Source of the DNA: Lachnospiraceae bacterium UBA1718
GTDB lineage: Bacteria > Bacillota > Clostridia > Lachnospirales > Lachnospiraceae
Direction of reading: 5' to 3'
DNA: 55,693 nt
NCBI GenBank assembly: GCA_002317245.1
Contig: DCIU01000150.1
Coordinates: 246 to 55,938, forward strand
The position numbers and the translations under genes are program-made. Below are positions 1 through 10,031 of this stretch, one piece after another. Position 1 is the stretch's first letter. Each line of letters begins with the position of its first letter. The notes under the pieces are model-generated. The model was not told the DNA's origin. It saw only the letters and a program-made list of their open reading frames with translations, and made no database searches.

Positions 1-3
1 TTC

Positions 4-76
4 GCCGATGTGGCTCAATTGGCAGAGCAGCTGATTTGTAATCAGCAGGTTATCGGTTCGAGTCCGATCATCGGCT
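4..76 (+). tRNA. tRNA-Thr(TGT)
   Basis: Cloverleaf; anticodon arm GCTGA-TTTGTAA-TCAGC; T-loop TTCGAGT; acceptor GCCGATG/CATCGGC; CCA not encoded. Confidence 0.97.
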
Positions 77-110
77 TTGACAATATTATTGTCAGATATG
101 CACATTGTGC

Positions 111-184
111 GGACCTGTAGCTCAGTTGGTTAGAGCAACCGGCTCATAACCGGTCGGTCCTGGGTTCGAGTCCCCGCAGGTCCA
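111..184 (+). tRNA. tRNA with CAT anticodon, most likely tRNA-Ile2 (lysidine-modified) rather than Met
   Basis: Anticodon arm ACCGG-CTCATAA-CCGGT; 5' GGACCTGTAGCTCAGTTGGTTAGAGC closely resembles Firmicute Ile2 tRNAs; lacks the initiator GGG/CCC anticodon stem. Confidence 0.9.
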
Positions 185-204
185 TATATTTTTAAAACGA
201 TTTA

Positions 205-278
205 GGCCCAGTGGCTCAGTTGGTTAGAGCGCCGCCCTGTCACGGCGGAGGTCACGGGTTCGAGTCCCGTCTGGGTCG
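205..278 (+). tRNA. tRNA-Asp(GTC)
   Basis: Anticodon arm CCGCC-CTGTCAC-GGCGG; T arm ACGGGTTCGAGTCCCGT. Confidence 0.97.
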
Positions 279-290
279 TTTATAAACCAA

Positions 291-363
291 GGGATCTTAG
301 CTCAGCTGGGAGAGCATCTGCCTTACAAGCAGAGGGTCACAGGTTCGAGCCCTGTAGGTCCCA
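291..363 (+). tRNA. tRNA-Val(TAC)
   Basis: Anticodon arm TCTGC-CTTACAA-GCAGA; T arm ACAGGTTCGAGCCCTGT. Confidence 0.97.
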
Positions 364-378
364 TTTATTAAATAATAC

Positions 379-462
379 GCTCCGGTGGCGGAATTGGCAG
401 ACGCATGGGACTTAAAATCCCACGGTGGTGACACCGTACCGGTTCAAGTCCGGTCCGGAGCA
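379..462 (+). tRNA. tRNA-Leu(TAA)
   Basis: Anticodon arm TGGGA-CTTAAAA-TCCCA; long variable arm CGGTG-GTGA-CACCG; acceptor GCTCCGG/CCGGAGC. Confidence 0.97.
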
Positions 463-469
463 TTTTTTT

Positions 470-498
470 AAGAGTTAAGAACGACTTAACTCTTTTTT
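470..498 (+). terminator. Intrinsic terminator of the tRNA cluster
   Basis: AAGAGTTAAG/CTTAACTCTT stem followed by a T run. Confidence 0.85.
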
Positions 499-519
499 AG
501 TATATCTAAGGGGAATACG

Positions 520-1197
520 ATGACATTAAAAGAGGCTATTATTGAGAGACACTCCGTAAGGGAATTTGAAGATAAGCCAATTCCTAAGGACATTGTTACT
601 GCTCTTAATAAGTGTATTGAAAAATGTAATGAGAAGGCGGGACTTAATATTCAGTTAGTTTTGAATGAGCCTAAGGCTTTTTCAGGCCCAAGAGCACATT
701 ATGGCCATTTCTCAGGCTGTAAGAATTATATTGCTCTTATAGGTAAGGACACCGCTGATTTTGAAGAACGTTGCGGATACTATGGAGAGTATTTAGTTCT
801 TAAGGCTCAGCAGCTTGGACTTAATACATGCTGGGTTGCGATTACATTTTCTAAGGTTAAGTCTGCTTTTAGAATCCGTGAGGGTGAAAAGCTGTGTATG
901 GTTATCGCTCTGGGTTATGGTATTACACCTGGTCTTCCTCATAAGTCTAAGCCTATTACTGATGTTATTAAGACTGATGGAAATATGCCTAACTGGTTTA
1001 GAGAGGGTGTTAGACTTGCGCTTCTTGCTCCAACTGCTTTGAATCAGCAAAAGTTTAAGATTGAGCTTAAGGGCAAAAAGGTATATATGACTGCAGGTAG
1101 AGGGCCTTGCGTTAAGACTGATCTTGGAATTGCCAGACTGCATTTTGAGATTGGTGCTGGCAAGGAGAATTTTACCTGGGGAAAAACTGAAAAATAG
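520..1197 (+). CDS. Nitroreductase-family flavoprotein (duplicated TM1586-like fold)
   Basis: N-terminal RHSVR FMN motif, GLNTCWV, APTALNQQ; SD AAGGGG. Confidence 0.88.
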   Translation: MTLKEAIIERHSVREFEDKPIPKDIVTALNKCIEKCNEKAGLNIQLVLNEPKAFSGPRAHYGHFSGCKNYIALIGKDTADFEERCGYYGEYLVLKAQQLGLNTCWVAITFSKVKSAFRIREGEKLCMVIALGYGITPGLPHKSKPITDVIKTDGNMPNWFREGVRLALLAPTALNQQKFKIELKGKKVYMTAGRGPCVKTDLGIARLHFEIGAGKENFTWGKTEK

Positions 1198-1205
1198 GAG
1201 GAAAC

Positions 1206-3149
1206 ATGGTAACCAACCTGCATTATGATGTGTGTACAATATTTGTGCTTATTATATTGCTTCTTGCGTTTAATATCCGCAAGCTTGTTATCGGCAGAAC
1301 TAATAATATATTCTGCTTTATGGTTGTATGCCTTCTAATGGGTACTATATTAGATATTGTTGGCGAATCATACGGTTATCTTATTCCAATTAATAGTTTT
1401 ACCAGCAGATTCAGGCCAATGGTTGATACCCTTTTTTTTCTGTTTAGAAATATTACTGTTCCGCTATTCGTCGCTTACATTGCATCGCTTCTTGGTGTAT
1501 ATAGCAGATATAAAAAGAATAAAGTTCTGGTATTCTTATGGGCAGTGCCATATTTGGTAATTGTTCTTCTGCTTATTCTCAATTTTTTCAATCACAAATT
1601 ATTCTATTACAATTATAAGATGGCCTACATGCATGGCCCGTGGCTTAAATACCTGTATGTAATTGCAGTATATTATTTTGCATTGGCAATGGCAGAATTG
1701 ATTGCTTCAAGGAAGATTATTGAACGCGAGAGATTCTATGAGCTGCTTCTTTTCATGCCATGCAATATGATTGCGGCACTGGTTCAGATGTATAGAAGTG
1801 AACTTCATATTGACTTATTTGCAACAGCTATAGTGCTTGTTATTATCTCCATTGGAGTGCAGAGGCCGGAAGTATATATTGATTACAGATCAGGAGTATA
1901 CAGCTACAGTGCATTCAATAACCAGATGAGAAAGATCTATGATCTTGGCGAACCAATGTCACTGCTCATCTTCAAATATGTAAACCATAAGAGTATTAAC
2001 AGTAGTGTGGGCTTTGATACATACACAGTACTAATTAGAAAACTGGCCCGTAAGATTGAGAGTGGTAAGGCGGCCCTTAAGAGTTCTTCCAATATTTACT
2101 TTATTGACAATGGAACCTTCATAATTAGTGGAGACTTTGACAAAGAGTCGAAAATCATTGAATTCGGTAGAGAAATCCTTGAATATGCCAAGAATCCTGT
2201 GGATCTCGGAAGTATGGAGGTTATGCTTGAGCCAATAGTATGCTATCTCAGGTTCCCAGTAGACATTAAGAACGTGGAGTCTTTAGTAAGCTTCATCACA
2301 GATATTGAGACTAAGGTTACCCATACAGAGGAACTAATTAATCTGTCAGAGGTCTCACTTACCAAAGATTTCAAGATGCGTAATGATATGGATGCCATTA
2401 TTAAACGCGGTATTGTGAAGAATGGATTCCAGATGTATTATCAGCCAATCTATTCGATTAAGGAGGAGAAGTTTACTTCAGCCGAAGCCTTAATCAGACT
2501 GATTGATGAAGAATATGGATTTGTTTCGCCAGCACTTTTCATACCAGCATCTGAGAAAAGTGGTGCAATTCACCAGATTGGTGATTTTGTATTTAAGGAT
2601 GTTTGCAGATTTATTGCCAGTGACGAGTATAAGGGCACTGGACTTAAATATATCGAAATCAATCTGTCGGTTGCCCAGTGTATTGAGACTGACCTTGTTA
2701 CTAAGTTCAATATGGCAATGATTCAGGCAGGAGTTGATGCTTCTCAGATTAATCTCGAGATTACTGAGACAGCTGCCGACTATGATCCTGAGGTAACAGA
2801 TAAGAATATTAATGCATTATCTGATATGGGATTCGCATTCTCGCTTGATGACTATGGAACAGGTTATTCTAATATCAAGCGAGTAGTGTCACTTCCTCTT
2901 GATATTGTTAAGTTAGATAAGACATTAGTAGACGAGATGGATGATCCACAGATGTGGATAGTAATTACCAATACGGTTACTCTTCTTAAGAATATGAACA
3001 AGAAGATTCTTGTAGAAGGTGTAGAAGACGAGAGGGCGCTCAAGAGATTTGCTGAGCTTGGATGTGATTACATCCAGGGATATTTCTTCTCTAAGCCACT
3101 TCCTGAGAAAGAATTTGTAAGCTTTATTAATGAGCATAATAATAAGTAA
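1206..3149 (+). CDS. Membrane c-di-GMP phosphodiesterase (about 7 TM, degenerate GGDEF, EAL)
   Basis: Hydrophobic N-terminus; YYQP, EAL, INLS, EITE, DDYGTGYS, KLDK, EGVE and QG motifs intact; no GGDEF signature. Confidence 0.92.
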   Translation: MVTNLHYDVCTIFVLIILLLAFNIRKLVIGRTNNIFCFMVVCLLMGTILDIVGESYGYLIPINSFTSRFRPMVDTLFFLFRNITVPLFVAYIASLLGVYSRYKKNKVLVFLWAVPYLVIVLLLILNFFNHKLFYYNYKMAYMHGPWLKYLYVIAVYYFALAMAELIASRKIIERERFYELLLFMPCNMIAALVQMYRSELHIDLFATAIVLVIISIGVQRPEVYIDYRSGVYSYSAFNNQMRKIYDLGEPMSLLIFKYVNHKSINSSVGFDTYTVLIRKLARKIESGKAALKSSSNIYFIDNGTFIISGDFDKESKIIEFGREILEYAKNPVDLGSMEVMLEPIVCYLRFPVDIKNVESLVSFITDIETKVTHTEELINLSEVSLTKDFKMRNDMDAIIKRGIVKNGFQMYYQPIYSIKEEKFTSAEALIRLIDEEYGFVSPALFIPASEKSGAIHQIGDFVFKDVCRFIASDEYKGTGLKYIEINLSVAQCIETDLVTKFNMAMIQAGVDASQINLEITETAADYDPEVTDKNINALSDMGFAFSLDDYGTGYSNIKRVVSLPLDIVKLDKTLVDEMDDPQMWIVITNTVTLLKNMNKKILVEGVEDERALKRFAELGCDYIQGYFFSKPLPEKEFVSFINEHNNK

Positions 3150-3165
3150 CTTATAGGAGTATGTA

Positions 3166-5139
3166 ATGGCTAATATCATACATTATGATGTAGCGGCATC
3201 GATTATTTTCATAGTAATGATTATTAATATACATAAAGAACGCCACAAAGAGAGTCGAAGCAGTTCGATTCTTCTGCTTTTGCTGTATGTGGGTCTGTTT
3301 TCTTCGTTGTCTGATATGACTGCTGCCATATATACCAATGGAGTTGAAGCGACATACAGGAATCTGATGCTGGCATACTTTAGCAATTATGTGTATTTTA
3401 CTATGCATAATCTGCTGCTTCCGATATATGTGCTATTCATAATGGTTTCATTAGATATTTGGCATATATTCAAAGATAGATTCATGAATATCATCCTGTG
3501 GGCTTTCTTTGTTCTTCTTGACTTCTTCCTGCTGATAACCAATGTATTTACGCATAAGGTATTCTATATTGATAATAAAATGCATTATCAGCGAGGCTCA
3601 TACATAGTTGTATTCTATATTGTTGCAGCTCTCTACATAATTAATGGAACAATAATAATTATTAAGTATCGCTCTCTTATTAACAAAGCCAAGATGGGAG
3701 TTTTATTTGTATTATTCCCATTAATTATCGCATCCCTTATTGTTCAGTGGAGAATTGGTACTGCCCTGGTAGAGAACTTTGCTGTCGCAATTGGATTAAT
3801 GTTCTACGTAATAGTTATTCAGCGTAATGAGAACCCTGTTGATCCAGATACAGGTGCTCTTAAGTACTATCGTGCCTTAGAGAGAGCATACGCTGCTGCC
3901 AAGACAAAGAAGCCATTCTCAGTTGTATTCGTTAAGATTATCAATAGTAGTAGTATACAGGTATATCTGGGAAGAGAGAGGTTCTATCAGTATCTGAAGA
4001 TTCAGTCAAGACAGTTCGAAAGTATTGCAGGAACAATCGGCTATAAGGTCGACGTATATTATCTTGAGAATGGACTGTATGCACTGTTTATTGATGATAC
4101 TAACAGGGACAGGTCAATAGCATATGCCAACTTCATAAGCAGATACTTCGAGGACACACTGTCCATGGATCATCTCGAGATTAATTCTGAGGCCATACTG
4201 TGTGTTGCAAAATGTCCTGAAGATATTGATGAATATTCGACTATGGTCACATTGGCGACAACCTTCTATAAGACAATTGGCTCTTCTAGAAAGGTAATCA
4301 ATTATGCTGATTACAGAGAGAATAAGGACTTCAGAATTCGAAATGAATTAGATAATATCATTCGAAATGCACTTACTAACAATAAGTTTGAGATGTATTA
4401 TCAGCCGATTTATTCAATTGAGGAGAAGAGATATATTAGTGCAGAGGCACTGATTCGTCTTAAGGACGATAAGTATGGATATATACCACCAGATCTCTTC
4501 ATTCCTGTCGCTGAAGAGAGTGGAGCAATCCATGAGATAGGTGATTTCGTCTTAAGAGATGTATGCCGCTTCATATCCGATAATAATCTTGAAGCTCTGG
4601 GACTTAAGTATATAGAGCTTAATCTCTCTGCCTCACAGTGTATTGAGATTAATCTTATAGACAAAGTGACATCACTTTTGAAAGAATATAATCTCTCGGC
4701 AGATAAACTGCGAATGGAACTTACCGAGACAGCAGCGGATATTAACCCTGCAGTTGTAGGTAATAATGTCAAGAAGTTAAGTGAACTTGGCATTCAGTTC
4801 GCCCTGGATGATTATGGAACTGGATACTCAAATATCCGAAGAGTTACTTCACTTCCTTTCGTACAGGTTAAGCTTGATAAGAGCTTCGTTGAGGAGATTG
4901 ATAATCCGGTAATGTGGACTGTTATTAAGGATACGATCTCGATGTTCAAGGAGATGGGCAAGGAGGTACTCGTTGAGGGTATAGAGAATGAGACCGTTGC
5001 AAGGAAATTCTCTGAGCTTAAGACTGACCTGCTTCAGGGTTGCGAGCTTATGCAGGGATTCTATTTCTGCAGGCCTATGCCAGGTGATAAATTTGTAATG
5101 TATATGCACGAATGTGTTGAGAAGGGCATAAATAATTAA
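3166..5139 (+). CDS. Paralogous membrane c-di-GMP phosphodiesterase (TM, degenerate GGDEF, EAL)
   Basis: Same architecture as the upstream gene; EAL, ELTE, DDYGTGYS, KLDK, EGIE motifs; short duplication-like insert DLLQG-CELMQG. Confidence 0.92.
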   Translation: MANIIHYDVAASIIFIVMIINIHKERHKESRSSSILLLLLYVGLFSSLSDMTAAIYTNGVEATYRNLMLAYFSNYVYFTMHNLLLPIYVLFIMVSLDIWHIFKDRFMNIILWAFFVLLDFFLLITNVFTHKVFYIDNKMHYQRGSYIVVFYIVAALYIINGTIIIIKYRSLINKAKMGVLFVLFPLIIASLIVQWRIGTALVENFAVAIGLMFYVIVIQRNENPVDPDTGALKYYRALERAYAAAKTKKPFSVVFVKIINSSSIQVYLGRERFYQYLKIQSRQFESIAGTIGYKVDVYYLENGLYALFIDDTNRDRSIAYANFISRYFEDTLSMDHLEINSEAILCVAKCPEDIDEYSTMVTLATTFYKTIGSSRKVINYADYRENKDFRIRNELDNIIRNALTNNKFEMYYQPIYSIEEKRYISAEALIRLKDDKYGYIPPDLFIPVAEESGAIHEIGDFVLRDVCRFISDNNLEALGLKYIELNLSASQCIEINLIDKVTSLLKEYNLSADKLRMELTETAADINPAVVGNNVKKLSELGIQFALDDYGTGYSNIRRVTSLPFVQVKLDKSFVEEIDNPVMWTVIKDTISMFKEMGKEVLVEGIENETVARKFSELKTDLLQGCELMQGFYFCRPMPGDKFVMYMHECVEKGINN

Positions 5140-6257
5140 TGAGAAATAAGTTATTAATTGCATTAGTAATTGCTTGTACATCATTCATAATGACAGGATG
5201 CTGCCTTGTACATGATTGGGCTGACGCTACATGTACGGCTCCTAGGACCTGTAAGGATTGTGGTAAGACTGATGGAAGTCCAATTGATCATGAATTCCTT
5301 GAAGCTACCTGTACTGAACCAAGGACTTGCAAGTACTGTGGTTACCAGGAGGGCGAGCCAATGGGACACATCTGGAGCAGGAGCACCTGCACCAGCCCAA
5401 GCACCTGTACAGTCTGTGGAGCCACTAATGGTGATGTATCAGAGCATACATGGATTGAGGCAACCTGCATTATGCCAAGGCACTGCTCCGTGTGCGGACT
5501 GACAGATGGCACAACAATTGGTCACCAGTGGGTAGCAGCTAATTATAATGAGCCAAGGACCTGCGCTGTATGTGGAGCGACAGAAGGATCTGCTCTTACA
5601 TCCTATGCTGAGGGGCCATTTACTAATATTAGCTACAACCTTACTAATGGCTCCAAGCAGAATTACAGCACAATAACTGGCGTTGATGACAGAATATCTA
5701 ATGGTACCGTTACAGTTGAGAGCTATACCAAGTATTCAGAGGACCCAACTCATCCATATAAGGAAGGCTATGAGTGGAGAGAAGTTAAGGTACGTTTCTC
5801 TATGGATAAGCCAAGCAGAGTAATGTGGGGATACACAGATATCTATCTTGGCCTTAATGAGTATGCCAAGACAGACTATATTACATATTCAGATGGAACA
5901 AGGGAAAAAGTTGAAGCGACTCAGAGCTTCCAGAGCGAAGTGATTATGCCATCGCCGACACCATCACCGACACCATCACCAACAGCAGAACCAACACCGA
6001 CGGCGGCACCGACCTCAAGTGCTTCATCACAGCCGGCTACGTCGCCAACACCTATTACTGCTCCACAGATTACACCTAGTCCAACGCCTACTCCGGTTCC
6101 AACACCAGAGTCAGAGCCAGACAAGTATATATCCTATGTCTCTCAGGCGGTTCAGGTACCAATCAGATATAAGGGGCTTATATTCTATGTATGTAATGCT
6201 GATTATGAATTGGATCACATTATAGACGACAGCTTCATTTATATGAAGATGGATTAA
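5139..6257 (+). CDS. Lipoprotein with five 26-aa His/Cys repeats and a Pro/Thr/Ser-rich insert
   Basis: Signal peptide with lipobox MTGC; repeats HxWxxATCxxPxTCxxCGxTxG; PSPTP-rich tract; TAATG overlap with the previous stop. Confidence 0.85.
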   Translation: MRNKLLIALVIACTSFIMTGCCLVHDWADATCTAPRTCKDCGKTDGSPIDHEFLEATCTEPRTCKYCGYQEGEPMGHIWSRSTCTSPSTCTVCGATNGDVSEHTWIEATCIMPRHCSVCGLTDGTTIGHQWVAANYNEPRTCAVCGATEGSALTSYAEGPFTNISYNLTNGSKQNYSTITGVDDRISNGTVTVESYTKYSEDPTHPYKEGYEWREVKVRFSMDKPSRVMWGYTDIYLGLNEYAKTDYITYSDGTREKVEATQSFQSEVIMPSPTPSPTPSPTAEPTPTAAPTSSASSQPATSPTPITAPQITPSPTPTPVPTPESEPDKYISYVSQAVQVPIRYKGLIFYVCNADYELDHIIDDSFIYMKMD

Positions 6258-6269
6258 CGGGAATTAATT

Positions 6270-7688
6270 ATGTTATTTCCAAGTGAAATATTCTTATTTG
6301 CATTCTTACCACTGGTTGTGGCAGTATACTATGCACTACTAAGAAAGAACGTGACACTTAAAAATATATGGCTTCTTGTTGCAAGCCTCATATTCTATGC
6401 CTGGGGTGAGCCAGTGTACGTATTCCTTATGATAGGAGTAATACTCTTTGACTACGCTGCAGGCTATGCACTGGGATATTGCAGCAGGGGAAATGAAACC
6501 ATCCGTAGGTGCATTTTGATTGTGACTATTATAGTCAATATATGCGTTTTAGGATGGTTTAAGTATGCCCACTTCATTTTTTCAGAGATTAACAGAGCCT
6601 TTGGCAGCAGTATAAGTATTGCTGAGAACGTTGTACTTCCAATAGGCATTTCATTCTTTACATTTCAGGCGATGAGCTATGTTTTCGATGTGTATCAGGG
6701 TACTGTTACCGCTACACGTAATCCGCTTAAGGTAGCTCTGTATGTATCCTTCTTCCCTCAGTTAATTGCAGGCCCTATAGTTCGCTACAATACTGTAGAA
6801 GAACAGATCGATCATAGAAGAGAGTCGCTGCCACTTTTCTCGGAGGGACTTGTAAGGTTCCTGAAGGGATTAGTGAAGAAGGTTATCATTGCCAACAACA
6901 TGGCTATAGTCGCAGATGCGGTCTGGGGACTTGTGATAGGGGACAGACTTGAAGCCTCCGTTGCCCTGGCATGGCTTGGCGCAATCTCATATTCACTACA
7001 GATATACTTCGACTTCTCAGGCTATTCAGATATGGCCATAGGTCTTGGCCGGATGTTCGGATTTGAATTCCAGGAGAACTTCAGACATCCTTATACTGCC
7101 GGTTCGCTTACAGGCTTCTGGCGTAGATGGCATATATCATTAACGGGCTGGTTCAGAGATTATGTCTTTATTCCCCTTGGCGGATCACGAGTGAGCCAGG
7201 GAAGACTGATATTCAATGTATTCATTATCTGGCTGTTAACAGGAATCTGGCATGGTGCTAACTGGACATTCCTTATATGGGGAATGCTGCACTTCTTAGT
7301 AATGGTAATTGAGAAGCTTCGTGGAATTGGCCCTGATAGAAAATCCTGGTGGGGACATATATATACACTAGTTATTGTCTGCATTGGATGGGTTATATTC
7401 AGGTCCGACAGCTTGACTGAAGCAGTCATATATATTAAGGGTATGTTCGGTGGAGGTAGTGGAGCAATTATTGATAAGTCAGTCTTCGCATTTTTACAGC
7501 AGAATGTAGTATATTATGTGCTTGCGCTAATTGGATGCTTCCCAACTCTTGATTATCTTGAGGAGAGATACAAGGATAAGCTTGCATGGAATGTGGCATA
7601 TGCGGTGGTGCTTGGCATAGCTGTTATAGTATCTATATCCTTTATCATAAATAATGCTTACAGTCCATTTATATACTTCAACTTCTAG
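6270..7688 (+). CDS. MBOAT O-acyltransferase (AlgI/PatA/DltB-like)
   Basis: LPIGISFFTFQ, FFPQLIAGPIVRY, YFDFSGYSDMAIG, FWRRWHISL, catalytic GIWHGA. Confidence 0.95.
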   Translation: MLFPSEIFLFAFLPLVVAVYYALLRKNVTLKNIWLLVASLIFYAWGEPVYVFLMIGVILFDYAAGYALGYCSRGNETIRRCILIVTIIVNICVLGWFKYAHFIFSEINRAFGSSISIAENVVLPIGISFFTFQAMSYVFDVYQGTVTATRNPLKVALYVSFFPQLIAGPIVRYNTVEEQIDHRRESLPLFSEGLVRFLKGLVKKVIIANNMAIVADAVWGLVIGDRLEASVALAWLGAISYSLQIYFDFSGYSDMAIGLGRMFGFEFQENFRHPYTAGSLTGFWRRWHISLTGWFRDYVFIPLGGSRVSQGRLIFNVFIIWLLTGIWHGANWTFLIWGMLHFLVMVIEKLRGIGPDRKSWWGHIYTLVIVCIGWVIFRSDSLTEAVIYIKGMFGGGSGAIIDKSVFAFLQQNVVYYVLALIGCFPTLDYLEERYKDKLAWNVAYAVVLGIAVIVSISFIINNAYSPFIYFNF

Positions 7689-7695
7689 GTGTTGC

Positions 7696-8691
7696 ATGAC
7701 TAAAAAGAGAAACTTGATTATTGCCATCGGCTTCATGGCGGTCATTATTATTATTCCGCTCTTAAGCCTGGCTAAAATGGTGAAAAACAGAATACCGATA
7801 GATCAGTACACTGGGGCAATTGTTGGAAGATTCCAGATGATTAGGTTAAACACTGGCCTTACCAAGGCACTTACTGGTGGTACATATATGGAGTCCACCG
7901 AGGTGCTGCTGGGTAAGAATGACTGGCTCTTCTATAAGGTTACTACTGATGGCGAGCCCCTATACGATTACATGGGAATCAATCATTTTGATGAGGATGA
8001 ACTTAAGACAATAGTCAGTAATATGGCTAGCCTTGGAGACATGCTTGATAAGAAGGGTATTAAATATGCCATTCTTACGGTGCCTAATAAAGAACAGGTA
8101 TACAGCGAATATATGCCGGACACGGTGGCTAAGATTAATAATTCATCAAGACTTACTGAACTTAGTGACTATATCCAGAGTGAGTGTGGTGACATGATAG
8201 CTGGCAAGTATCCATACATAGATGTTACAGACACTATGCTTGTTAATAAGAATTCGTATCCGCTGTTCTACAAGACCGATACCCACTGGACTGAAGTAGG
8301 CTCATTTATGGCACTTCAGGAAGTGATGCGGGCATTGTATGGTACAAGTGAGAGCACCCCGGATGTTGTCTTCGACAGTAGTCCTGGATTCGTTGGCGAC
8401 CTATGCAAGATAAGTGGAACCACTGACAGATTCAGTGATGTTACATATACGCTTAGAGAAGATTCTGTAGATTCATCCCTTATGAGAGATGAGACGCTAT
8501 TTATCATTGGTGATTCCTTCGGTGACGCTATGATTCATACCGCCGAACATTATTATAAGAATGTCTACTGGGTCAGAACTAAGGACTATGAGAGCAGACT
8601 AATGGATGAGTATAATCCTGATGTGGTTATCTGGGAGTGTGTAGAGAGATATCTGCCAGATATGAGGGATTATTGTATACCAGAGCTATAA
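7696..8691 (+). CDS. AlgJ/AlgX-like SGNH O-acetyltransferase (DHHW-type)
   Basis: N-terminal TM anchor; GKNDWLFY, VPNK, KTDTHW and IIGDSF motifs; adjacent to MBOAT; start moved from 7654 to ATG 7696. Confidence 0.88.
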   Translation: MTKKRNLIIAIGFMAVIIIIPLLSLAKMVKNRIPIDQYTGAIVGRFQMIRLNTGLTKALTGGTYMESTEVLLGKNDWLFYKVTTDGEPLYDYMGINHFDEDELKTIVSNMASLGDMLDKKGIKYAILTVPNKEQVYSEYMPDTVAKINNSSRLTELSDYIQSECGDMIAGKYPYIDVTDTMLVNKNSYPLFYKTDTHWTEVGSFMALQEVMRALYGTSESTPDVVFDSSPGFVGDLCKISGTTDRFSDVTYTLREDSVDSSLMRDETLFIIGDSFGDAMIHTAEHYYKNVYWVRTKDYESRLMDEYNPDVVIWECVERYLPDMRDYCIPEL

Positions 8692-8746
8692 TTCGAATAA
8701 TATTTTATTTTTGATATGACGCGACAGATTGCGGAAGGAGTAACTA

Positions 8747-10024
8747 ATGAAAGTTGCATTGCTTAACGATTCGTTCCCACCCATTATTGACGGTGTGGCA
8801 AACGTAGTACTTAATTATGCAGGTGTACTGACAGACGATAAGCTTGCTGATGTTTGCGTATGTACACCGGAGTACCCGGGCACAGATTATTCGGTATATC
8901 CATATAAGGTGGTGCCATATAAGAGCTTCGATACAACCAAGGTGGCCCTTGGCTATAGGACGGGTAATCCCTTTGATATTCGAGAATTACGCGATATGTC
9001 GGCCTTTGATGCGGACATCATTCACACACATTGTCCTGTTGCCTCTACCTTCATTGCCAGAATGCTAAGAGCTGCGACGGACGCACCGGTTGTCTTCACT
9101 TACCATACCAAGTTCGACGAGGATATTGCCAGAGCCGTCAAGACGGAACTGATGCAGAAGGAACTAACTAAGGCCTTAGTTAAGAATATTGAGGCCTGCG
9201 ACGAGGTCTGGGTAGTAAGTGAAGGAGCAGGGGAAAACATGCGGTCACTGGGTTACCAGGGCGACTACAGGGTAATGAATAATGGGGTTGACTTTCCTAA
9301 GGGCAGAGTAGATGCTGCTGGTGTTAAGGTGACCACAGAGGCATATGATCTTCCAGAGGGCATACCAGTATTCCTCTTCGTAGGAAGAATAATTGAGTAC
9401 AAGGGTATCCCGGTAATACTGGATGCAATGTCTATTCTTAAGGAAAGAGGTTACGACTTCAGGATGGTATTCGTTGGCGGTGGCGGAGACTATGACAGAT
9501 TTAATAAGCTGGCTGAAGAGAAGGGACTGCTTAATACAGATGGTGAGGACAAGGTTATCTTCACTGGCCCAATCTACGACAGAGATATTCTCAGAGCATG
9601 GAATACAAGAGCCGATCTCTTCCTGTTCCCGTCAACCTTCGACACTAACGGAATTGTTGTAAGAGAGGCAGCAGCCTGCGGACTTGCCAGTGTTCTAATA
9701 AAGGGAAGCTGTGCAGCAGAAGGCGTTACAGATGACAGGAACGGATTCTTAATTGATAAGAATGCAGAAGACTTATCCAGCCTTCTAATGAGAGTATCTA
9801 CTGACCTTGATCATGTGGCAGACGTAGGTCAGCATGCAATGGATGAACTCTATATCTCATGGGCTGACAGCGTTCATATTGCCTTTGAGAGATATGGCGA
9901 ACTTATTGATATGAAGAAGAGTGGGGAACTTACACTTAAGACACCTGTATTCGCGGAATACTTCGCTGAGATGTCTGATGAAATAGCTACGGCTTTTTCA
10001 AAAAATAAGCTAAGGGGAGATTAG
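8747..10024 (+). CDS. GT4 glycosyltransferase (monoglucosyl-diacylglycerol synthase-like)
   Basis: DSFPPIIDGV, TYHTKF, FLFVGR, FPSTFDTNGIVVREAAA. Confidence 0.9.
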   Translation: MKVALLNDSFPPIIDGVANVVLNYAGVLTDDKLADVCVCTPEYPGTDYSVYPYKVVPYKSFDTTKVALGYRTGNPFDIRELRDMSAFDADIIHTHCPVASTFIARMLRAATDAPVVFTYHTKFDEDIARAVKTELMQKELTKALVKNIEACDEVWVVSEGAGENMRSLGYQGDYRVMNNGVDFPKGRVDAAGVKVTTEAYDLPEGIPVFLFVGRIIEYKGIPVILDAMSILKERGYDFRMVFVGGGGDYDRFNKLAEEKGLLNTDGEDKVIFTGPIYDRDILRAWNTRADLFLFPSTFDTNGIVVREAAACGLASVLIKGSCAAEGVTDDRNGFLIDKNAEDLSSLLMRVSTDLDHVADVGQHAMDELYISWADSVHIAFERYGELIDMKKSGELTLKTPVFAEYFAEMSDEIATAFSKNKLRGD

Positions 10025-10031
10025 TAAGTAT

